This document shows, in pieces, positions 25,294 through 32,000 of a stretch of DNA of 32,000 nt; the first letter of the stretch is position 1; every line of letters starts with the position of its first letter. The stretch spans positions 1 to 32,000 of the forward strand of contig JAJRZD010000033.1 in the NCBI GenBank assembly GCA_024275415.1, given 5' to 3'. A model generated the notes under the pieces. It was not told the DNA's origin. It was given only the letters and a program-made list of their open reading frames with translations, and searched no databases. This DNA comes from an archaeon. GTDB taxonomy: Archaea; Asgardarchaeota; Thorarchaeia; Thorarchaeales; Thorarchaeaceae. The position numbers and the translations under genes are program-made.

Positions 25294-26100
25294 TCAGAGA
25301 AGACGTTTGATCAATCTTCGGATATTGCGTTGCACGAGAGAACCGTAGAATTCTCGCACATCCTCATCCTCACACCGCCACGACCCGCGAAAGAACTCAT
25401 ACCAATACCCCCTCATGTATGCCATGTCATTCTTTGTGATTGCCTTGCTTGTAGCATATAGCGGTCCTATTCCTGCATAGAATGCCAACCGTCCTGACCT
25501 GAACCGACCTGCTCCGGATTCTAGGTGTGATGGAGGTGTCTTGACCTTCATCATGTCTAGGATTTTCAACTCGTAGCCGAGCTTCAGAGCCTTGATGTTG
25601 AGGAACGAGTCTATCGAGATATCCCAATACTTGTCAATATACAGTATGACTTCAGATCGCACAACCTTTCCTGTGAACATTGGGAATGAGCGCTGGAGTC
25701 CGTCTTCTATCTGTCCAGCAGCCACTCCTATTCTCGGATGCGAGTCAAGGTATTTCACCATGTCTTCAAAGTAGGTTTTTGGAAAGATCGTATCGACGTC
25801 AGCTGTAGCAACATACTTGTACTCTCTGGCCAACTCCTTGAGGACTGGTTGAGCTTTTGTCCAAGCCCTACCCAGTGTGTCTAGATTTCCTTTCGTTTTC
25901 TTGGGCATTGACACAATCCTGAAATTCAATCCATACTGTTCAGCGATTTCCCTTGCAACAACCTCACTTCTATCAGTCGAACCATCGTTCACAAATAGGA
26001 TGACGCTAGGCCTGAGGGTCTGTTGTGCGATATTCCTGATAAACACTGGAAGAGCCTCCTCCTCATTATAGAACTTTGTTGCAAGCACATATTCGCTCAA
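25294..26100 (-). CDS. Glycosyltransferase family 2 (GT-A)
   Basis: YNEEEAL, VNDGSTDRS and ATADVD (DxD). TTG start. Confidence 0.88.
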   Translation of the reverse strand: MSEYVLATKFYNEEEALPVFIRNIAQQTLRPSVILFVNDGSTDRSEVVAREIAEQYGLNFRIVSMPKKTKGNLDTLGRAWTKAQPVLKELAREYKYVATADVDTIFPKTYFEDMVKYLDSHPRIGVAAGQIEDGLQRSFPMFTGKVVRSEVILYIDKYWDISIDSFLNIKALKLGYELKILDMMKVKTPPSHLESGAGRFRSGRLAFYAGIGPLYATSKAITKNDMAYMRGYWYEFFRGSWRCEDEDVREFYGSLVQRNIRRLIKRLL

Positions 26101-26225
26101 TGGAATTGACCTCTTTGAAATCTCGACTGCTCTGATTGAATCCGCCTTCTGTCAGACTTTCCGATATTTCATATCGTGATTGATGATGTTTCTTCAGATA
26201 GCGGATTTTACAGCATTTGATTTTA

Positions 26226-26241
26226 AGAAACGGTTATTAAC
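26226..26241 (+). promoter_or_regulatory. Candidate BRE/TATA promoter of the DUF2341 gene
   Basis: AGAAACGG-TTATTAAC about 45 bp upstream of ATG 26283. Confidence 0.45.
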
Positions 26242-26282
26242 CCTCTGTCCACCATAATAGACGAGGTAGACGAGGTTTGGGC

Positions 26283-27554
26283 ATGAAAAATGATTTGATT
26301 TCCAAATGGCTAATCATTGTGATTCTTCACACCCTTGTGATACCCCTTTCAGCTGGCATAGGTGTAGTGACAGCAACCAACTCAGAATATGCTCCTTCGC
26401 AATCCGGAAGTTGGCTTGTGGGATGGGACTATCGGATATCACATACGATAAATGGTACAATAGGTGCTGGTTTCAACTATCAGATAGAGATCGATGTTCG
26501 ATACGGAAGCGGGACGAGTTCAGGAAATATCGTTTATCTTGGTTTGCATAGCAACACTGACTTCTCAGACATCCGTTTTACTGATGACGATGGGATAACC
26601 CTCCTTGACTACTGGCTTGAGGCGTACGAGCCAGGCGTTTCTGCTGTTTTTTGGGTAGAGGTGTCCGACTCGCTGGATACCACAAGCACCATCTTCATCT
26701 ACTATGGGAATCCAAGTGCGATGTCAATGAGCAATGGTGATGCCACCTTCATCTTTTTTGATGACTTTGAAGATGGCACTCTAAACAAATGGACCACTGT
26801 TGATTCCATGTGGGGAATCAGCAATACGATTTCTGCAAATGGAAGATATTCGGCTTGGGCTGACACATTTACGTCAATAGACAATCGTGAGCTATCCAAG
26901 GAAGTATCAATCTCTCAAAACGTGATGATACACGTTTGGATACGAACGCAAGGGGATCCTAATTGGCCAATCCATCCTGCAAACGATAGGGGCTATTCCA
27001 TCTATACGATATCATTGATGGAGGATTCTGATATCAAGTACTACGATGGTTCTCTTTATCACACCTGGCCCCAAAACTCGAAGTATATGGTTGATACTTG
27101 GCAAAGATTCGAAGTCGGATATGACTTTGATGCTGATGTTATGCTTGCTTGGAAAGATCGAATGGCATTACATGGCACTGATTCCATTGACCTGCTTGAT
27201 GATACGGGCACTACGGGCGACGGACTCAGCAAAATCAGTAGCATCTGTAGCAGATTTGAAGGCAGGGATCTGTGGTTGGATGACTATTATGTCCGAAAAT
27301 GGGTTCAAAATGAACCCACCCACGGTGTTTGGGGTTCCGTAGAAAGCAATGCGGAATCCACTCAGACCACGCAATCACCTTCTTGGTTTGTGATGGCACC
27401 CTTCATGTATTTAGCAGTGGGTGCCGGATTGGGGGTTGTTGCAATAGTGGTTATTGTTTTAATAGTAGTCATAAGGAACCAGGCTCCACCAGATTATGTT
27501 CCGTATCAAGTACTCGATGACAAAAAGCCAGTCCGAGAGGGGCATAACTACTGA
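26283..27554 (+). CDS. DUF2341-domain secreted, membrane-anchored (type I) surface protein
   Basis: N-terminal signal-like hydrophobic stretch, WDYRISHTING, DFSDIRFTD...LLDYWLE and FWVEV...IYYGNP...FIFFDDFE. Followed by a Ser/Thr linker, one C-terminal TM helix and a short tail. Confidence 0.88.
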   Translation: MKNDLISKWLIIVILHTLVIPLSAGIGVVTATNSEYAPSQSGSWLVGWDYRISHTINGTIGAGFNYQIEIDVRYGSGTSSGNIVYLGLHSNTDFSDIRFTDDDGITLLDYWLEAYEPGVSAVFWVEVSDSLDTTSTIFIYYGNPSAMSMSNGDATFIFFDDFEDGTLNKWTTVDSMWGISNTISANGRYSAWADTFTSIDNRELSKEVSISQNVMIHVWIRTQGDPNWPIHPANDRGYSIYTISLMEDSDIKYYDGSLYHTWPQNSKYMVDTWQRFEVGYDFDADVMLAWKDRMALHGTDSIDLLDDTGTTGDGLSKISSICSRFEGRDLWLDDYYVRKWVQNEPTHGVWGSVESNAESTQTTQSPSWFVMAPFMYLAVGAGLGVVAIVVIVLIVVIRNQAPPDYVPYQVLDDKKPVREGHNY

Positions 27555-27560
27555 AACTTC

Positions 27561-27588
27561 AAAAAAGCGTCCGACCGATACAGTCGGA
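27561..27588 (-). terminator. Candidate hairpin plus T-tract terminator for the Fe-S/FAD operon
   Basis: TCCGAC-N7-GTCGGA stem (27570-27588) followed on the minus strand by CGC-TTTTTT, between convergent genes. Confidence 0.4.
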
Positions 27589-27721
27589 AAGAAAACCTGT
27601 CTGGTAGACACTTGCTCAAAACGTTGAGGGAATCTTGATTTGAACGCTATCTGTGACGATAGGGTCTATCGTTGCGTATTTTGCCGGGCAATCCGAAAGA
27701 CATCTTCCTAGTTATAGCATT

Positions 27722-29293
27722 TCAAATCAAGCCCGCCTTCTGTGCAAATCTCCGGTATCCTTTCATGAGCAGCTTGACGATGTTCCGTCTGAGGTTGAAC
27801 TTTATCCATTCCTCATCAGTTGGCTCCTTGAAGAACAATCCGAACTGCGCTGCATACTCGTCCTCTGACTTCTGAGATATCAACCTCTCCACAGCCTTGG
27901 GAGAAAACGTCAACTCTACATCAGGATTTTCTCCACGGATCGGGTTCACCTCTATTCTGCCTTTTCCCAAGACCAGAACATGGAACCTGTCATCCCCGAT
28001 GATATAATCAATCAGTGCATCTCTCTTCAGGCCATCGAAGATAAGTGGATGATCCACCAGATACCTCATGAATCTCTCTTTCAATGGATTTTTTTCTTCT
28101 TGTCTTGGTTTCTTTGACTCTTTAATGAAAGGCAAAAGGAACGATGGTAGGTCTTGAACGGTAAGACCTGTTTCCACAAGAGGTAGTCCATCTCCAAGAC
28201 CCTTGTGACAGAACGGACATGCAGTGAGGAGAACCTCGGCCCCTGTTTCTGTTGCCTCTGTAATTCGGTCTGCTGAAATCTGGTTGGCGAGGTCACCAAA
28301 CGTGCCCTTCAATCCGCCTCCGCTTCCGCAGCAGTGGGCATACCGTCTGTTCGTCATCATTTCCACAAGCTCGACATTGCCTACAGCTTGGATGACTCTT
28401 CTGGGTGCTTCGTAGACCTCAGCGTGCCTGCCTAGATGACAAGGGTCATGATATGTTACCACCAGTCGTTTTGGCGATTCGAAAGACACTTTCCCGTCAC
28501 GAACCAGATTGTCTAAGAACTCTGTGACATGGAGGAGCTTGAAAGGCAGTTCGATGTTCTGCTCAGCAGTATCTATCTTCATCGTCCTGAAGCATCCCGC
28601 ACACGCAGTGATGACTGCTCTGGCACCTGTCTTCTTTATCGCATCGATATTGTCGTTCGTAATCCCAACAAATGCATCAGTGTGTCCTAGTCGCAAGAGA
28701 ACAGACCCACAACATTTCTCCTCTGGGAGGATGGTATAGTCGATTCCAATCTTATCAAGGAGTGCCACAGTGTCTTGTGCGATCTGCTTCTCGCGATACG
28801 AACTGGTACACCCAACGAAGTACACATATTCGGCGGTTTCAGGCCACACTCTATCGTCAAAGAGATCTTTCCTCATTGATGCCGGTTCATTGTACGGGTT
28901 GTTCTCCGTCTTGATGGAACTCTCGATGGCATTGTGCTTTTCTAACGAATGCCCACTTTCGAAGAGGTCTCTCCGCAACGCCTCTATCATATCAGGCAAT
29001 CGTATCCCGTCTGCTGTTGCAGTGCAAGTTTCCTGACAGTTCTTGCAAGTCGTACAACTATACGCCCAATCAATGACACTATCGTCAATATCTAGCTCGC
29101 CTTGCAACAAGTCGTTCATTACCATGACCCTCCCACGGGAGGCATAGGTCTCGAACCCTAGAACATTCTTGACTGCACAAGGATGAAAGACATCCCGATT
29201 TGATGCCACGATTTTGTCAGCTAAGGAGCAGTCACCACAACGGGCGCATAGCCATAGATCATCGCTGAATCTTGAAAGATGCCTGAATTCCAT
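27722..29293 (-). CDS. CCG-domain Fe-S protein (GlpC/HdrD/GlcF-like) with an extra C-terminal SCP2-like domain
   Basis: CARCGDC..PC and CTTCKNCQETC clusters, plus two CCG domains (YFVGC...EKCCG...TACAGC and YHDPCHLGR...CCGSGGG...TACPFC). About 125 aa extra C-terminus. Confidence 0.9.
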   Translation of the reverse strand: MEFRHLSRFSDDLWLCARCGDCSLADKIVASNRDVFHPCAVKNVLGFETYASRGRVMVMNDLLQGELDIDDSVIDWAYSCTTCKNCQETCTATADGIRLPDMIEALRRDLFESGHSLEKHNAIESSIKTENNPYNEPASMRKDLFDDRVWPETAEYVYFVGCTSSYREKQIAQDTVALLDKIGIDYTILPEEKCCGSVLLRLGHTDAFVGITNDNIDAIKKTGARAVITACAGCFRTMKIDTAEQNIELPFKLLHVTEFLDNLVRDGKVSFESPKRLVVTYHDPCHLGRHAEVYEAPRRVIQAVGNVELVEMMTNRRYAHCCGSGGGLKGTFGDLANQISADRITEATETGAEVLLTACPFCHKGLGDGLPLVETGLTVQDLPSFLLPFIKESKKPRQEEKNPLKERFMRYLVDHPLIFDGLKRDALIDYIIGDDRFHVLVLGKGRIEVNPIRGENPDVELTFSPKAVERLISQKSEDEYAAQFGLFFKEPTDEEWIKFNLRRNIVKLLMKGYRRFAQKAGLI

Positions 29294-30694
29294 CTATTCT
29301 ACCCCCTTAAACACACCTGGTGCAAAGATGTTGTCCGGATCCAATGCGTTCTTTATCTTCCTGTAGGTTTCAAGGAAGACCTTGTTGGTTCTCTCCAATA
29401 CGCGGTTCTCCCAGAGTAGTCCACTCCAATAAGGACAGCCGCCAGTTTCAAGAATGGCGTCGAGAAGCTCGTTCCACGCTGTCATGGCAAGATCCATCTT
29501 GTCCGGTGTTGGGGCAAATATCGTTATCCACCCTGTGGCATATGTCCGTTCGGCACCAAGGCAGCTTGCAATCCACTTTATCCCATTTTTGAGGAGCTTG
29601 TGCTTGTCGAAGATGCTCCACGCTTTTTCCATCACATCGGGTATCCTCGAGATTGGCCGCAGGTGACATGTGTTCAGCCAGAATCCATTGTTGTACAGCG
29701 GCTGCACGAGGTTGAACAGCTCGCCCCAGTGCATCTGTGACGCAAAATTGCCTAGGTCTTTGCCTCCATGCTCAAGGGCAATCTCTCTTATGATCTCCAT
29801 CTTACGGGATGCCAATTCTTCGTCAATCTCTTGGACAATCGACGCGAACATAGCATTGATCTCAGGATGATTGTCAAGAAAACCTGGGAAGAACGTGTCA
29901 GTCGATTGTCTGTCGGCGAGGAGATTGAGCTCCTCTGTCAGTCCCCTTTTCTGCACCTCGTAAAATGCCTTTGTCGCATCCTCAAGTGTCCTGAAGCCGA
30001 AGTCCCCATAAGTGATGTGTTCCGCTTTCGGGTATATCTTGAGGGTAACCTTCGTCTTTATCCCCAGCGTGCCATGATCCCCGAGGAACACACCTGTGAG
30101 GTCGTTGTACGTGGAGTATCTCCCGAAGAGTTGCGCTGATGTGTTCCATCCCGTACCTGTCCTTATGACATCACCATTCGCCAAGACGACCTCAAGTGAA
30201 ACCGTGCCTTCGGTAGAGGGCCCGAATTTTGATGCCGCGTAGCCGATGCTGTTGATGCTGGTCGAGCCTCCTACAGTCCCAACATTCCCTCCGTACGGCC
30301 CTCTGAAACCTATCTTGTAGCCTTTCTCGTCTAACCTGTGGATTAGCTCTGCCCATCTCAATCCTGCTTCCACAGTTACGGTCATCGCATCTTCATCAAG
30401 TTCCACGACCTTGTCCATCTTCACCATATCGAGCATGACTGCACCCCTCTGCCTTGGCAAGCATGCCCCGCAGATGCCGTTTCGCCCCCCTGCTGCAATG
30501 ATTGGGGTTTTTGAGTTGCCGCACAACTTGACGATTGCTTGGACTTCCTCGACTGTTTCTGGCATCACAACGATACCCGGACGCTCGGCCGTAAGATGGC
30601 TTGCATCCATCCTGTACGAGGAGATTATGACCTTGTCATCACTGACTCGTTCTTTGCCTACAATCGCTACAATGTCGTCGTAGAGGGGATGCAT
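29294..30694 (-). CDS. FAD-binding oxidoreductase (GlcD / D-lactate dehydrogenase / alkyl-DHAP synthase superfamily)
   Basis: PGIVVMPETVEEV, TVTVEAG, TVGG, LEVVLANGDVI, GDHGTLGIKT and KNALDPDNIFAPG. True start is probably 30694 (or 30718/30724); the extension to 31162 is a shadow of alg14. Its stop abuts the Fe-S gene start. Confidence 0.92.
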   Translation of the reverse strand: MHPLYDDIVAIVGKERVSDDKVIISSYRMDASHLTAERPGIVVMPETVEEVQAIVKLCGNSKTPIIAAGGRNGICGACLPRQRGAVMLDMVKMDKVVELDEDAMTVTVEAGLRWAELIHRLDEKGYKIGFRGPYGGNVGTVGGSTSINSIGYAASKFGPSTEGTVSLEVVLANGDVIRTGTGWNTSAQLFGRYSTYNDLTGVFLGDHGTLGIKTKVTLKIYPKAEHITYGDFGFRTLEDATKAFYEVQKRGLTEELNLLADRQSTDTFFPGFLDNHPEINAMFASIVQEIDEELASRKMEIIREIALEHGGKDLGNFASQMHWGELFNLVQPLYNNGFWLNTCHLRPISRIPDVMEKAWSIFDKHKLLKNGIKWIASCLGAERTYATGWITIFAPTPDKMDLAMTAWNELLDAILETGGCPYWSGLLWENRVLERTNKVFLETYRKIKNALDPDNIFAPGVFKGVE

Positions 30695-30806
30695 CCCAGA
30701 GAAGGGTATAATGGTCATCTTCATCACACGACTGATTCTGGAACGTTCTCCCCTATAAGTAGGTAACTCTATATGTGGCATCCCTCGACTTTGCTTCCGA
30801 GCGAAG

Positions 30807-31289
30807 GTGACACGAATCGGGGTTGTTCTTGGCAGAGGCGGCCATACGGCACAGACATTCTCACTCGTTGACCTACTCGGTCGGAAATTCGAGTATCTGT
30901 ACTTTATCGGTCTTTTCGACAAGCTTACGCCCAAGAAGATCAGGATTCCCGGCAAGAAGCTGCTGATGATCACACCTCGTTTGCTGCCACAGGACTCAAA
31001 GGTCATGTCAGTCTTGCGTACTCTGTTCTCATTCATTCTTTCACTGACATATTTGCTCGTGTATAGACCTACTGTCATCGTTTCTTGTGGGACTGGGTTG
31101 ACTGTCCCAATATTCTTCGTTGCCCGGTTCTTGGGAATCCGTACGGTATTCATAGAGAGCATGTCACGTGTGGAAAGCCTGTCTCAGACTGGCAGGATCC
31201 TTTTGGGCAAGACCTCACTCTTCTTTGTCCAGTGGAAAGACCTCGCTGCACAGGTTCCTGGTGTGCTATACGGAGGACAGCTATTATGA
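30807..31289 (+). CDS. alg14: ALG14/PssD/Cps14F-like glycosyltransferase acceptor-binding subunit
   Basis: LGRGGHT, RPTVIVSCGTG, FIESMSRVESLSQTGRIL and FVQW. GTG start. Confidence 0.92.
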   Translation: MTRIGVVLGRGGHTAQTFSLVDLLGRKFEYLYFIGLFDKLTPKKIRIPGKKLLMITPRLLPQDSKVMSVLRTLFSFILSLTYLLVYRPTVIVSCGTGLTVPIFFVARFLGIRTVFIESMSRVESLSQTGRILLGKTSLFFVQWKDLAAQVPGVLYGGQLL

Positions 31290-31738
31290 TCTTTTTGACA
31301 GTCGGGACAGCGTCCTACGACCCCCTCATCCAGAAGGTGGATCAACTTGTCGCAGAAGGCGAAATCACAGATACGGTGATAGCTCAGATTGGACGAGGAA
31401 CGTATATCCCCACGCACTTCAAGTATTTCAGATTCATGAGGAACCTGTCTAAGGCATACTCTCTTGCGGATGTGATAGTGAGTACTGGCGGAGCAGGAAC
31501 TACGATGGAGTGTGTGACTCAAGGTTTGCGTCTTGTGGTCGTTGAGAATACATCGTTGGCCGAGGGACACCAGGCTCAGCTCATCGGCGAGATGGCACGT
31601 CGTGGGCATCTCATCTGGTGTAAGGATCTCGATACTATCCATATTTCTATCACACAAGCGCTGCGTCAGGAGTTCAAGCCCTTCGTATCTGACCCCCCTA
31701 TCATTCACAAGCATATCCTGAAGCTGTTGTCAGAATAA
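31286..31738 (+). CDS. alg13: ALG13/PssE/Cps14G-like glycosyltransferase nucleotide-sugar-binding subunit (GT28 C-terminal domain)
   Basis: MIFLTVGT, AQIG, DVIVSTGGAGT and GHQ. ATGA overlap with the alg14 stop. Confidence 0.92.
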   Translation: MIFLTVGTASYDPLIQKVDQLVAEGEITDTVIAQIGRGTYIPTHFKYFRFMRNLSKAYSLADVIVSTGGAGTTMECVTQGLRLVVVENTSLAEGHQAQLIGEMARRGHLIWCKDLDTIHISITQALRQEFKPFVSDPPIIHKHILKLLSE

Positions 31739-31969
31739 GAGCCATACACACTAACTGTTTGGCGCCAAATCTGACACATGCAGACCGCGATTCTGACGGC
31801 TCCGATTCAATTTGATACCCCCGTATGTATGCAGGTAATATCTGGATGGATATGCTGCTAATGTCTGGATTTGATGTGCTCTTTATATTGGGATTTTACC
31901 TAGTTTCCAATGGAAGTTAAGGTTAGTGATACTCGAAAACTAGCCTGAGAACCACCGAGGTGTACCCAC

Positions 31970-32000
31970 ATGAGCAAGAAAGTAAATCTCATCCGCACTC
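31970..32000 (+). CDS. Possible start of the next gene (MSKKVNLIRT...), truncated by the window edge
   Basis: ATG at 31970, open to the window end, with GAGGTG ribosome-binding-site-like sequence at 31957-31962. Confidence 0.4.
   Translation, partial: MSKKVNLIRT

Noticed and set aside
26259-26276. Tandem 9-bp repeat AGACGAGGT x2 before the DUF2341 gene
   Set aside because: Only two units; best explained as a duplicated Shine-Dalgarno-like sequence, not an array.
27647-27672. Alternative small hairpins CTATC/GATAG/CTATC in the convergent intergenic gap
   Set aside because: Stems of 5-7 bp only, with no recognisable motif; at most part of the termination region.
30695-31162. 156-aa N-terminal extension of the FAD oxidoreductase ORF
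   Set aside because: It is the antisense shadow of alg14; family similarity begins only at about MHPLYDD (30694).
31085-31285. 67-aa N-terminal extension of alg13
   Set aside because: It overlaps alg14 out of frame; the conserved MIFLTVGT start is at 31286 with an ATGA coupling.
31758-31769. Perfect palindrome TTTGGCGCCAAA, identical to an E2F consensus site
   Set aside because: Several perfect 12-bp palindromes are expected by chance in 32 kb, and there is no supporting context.
31825-31920. 31-aa hydrophobic ORF (MYAGNIW...)
   Set aside because: No ribosome-binding site or recognisable similarity, so it cannot be supported.
1-32000. Remaining short ORFs of the six-frame track; CRISPR arrays, tRNA/rRNA, transposases, selenocysteine read-through
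   Set aside because: The short ORFs are antisense or out-of-frame shadows of the genes listed. No repeat-spacer array, RNA gene, recombinase or conserved in-frame TGA extension was found by eye.

Overview
Archaeal chromosomal window, most likely from an Asgard archaeon such as Thorarchaeia. This is inferred from the eukaryote-length Rpo5/RPB5 subunit, archaeal TATA/BRE-like promoters, a DUF2341 surface protein and overall gene style; it is not a database placement. Left part (1-6.5 kb): sat (partial), a TauE/SafE transporter, two regulator-like fusions (RHH-V4R and AbrB-ACT), a 40-aa desulforedoxin missing from the ORF track, a long Rpo5, a polyprenol kinase, and CinA-like, HD and TatD genes. 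Centre (6.7-26.1 kb): a strand-scrambled surface-glycan locus. It encodes a complete-looking legionaminic-acid-type pathway (4,6-dehydratase, aminotransferase, acetyltransferase, NeuC, NeuB, NeuA), an acetamidino module (HisH/HisF/WbuX), two PIG-L deacetylases, WbqC, a UDP-sugar dehydrogenase, a sulfotransferase and glycosyltransferases. It also holds an unrecognised membrane module present three times in two genes. Right part: a DUF2341 type-I membrane protein, an FAD oxidoreductase plus a CCG Fe-S protein with an SCP2-like tail, and an ALG14/ALG13 pair. No rRNA, tRNA, CRISPR array or mobile element was seen. All assignments come from motif reading, not from searches.
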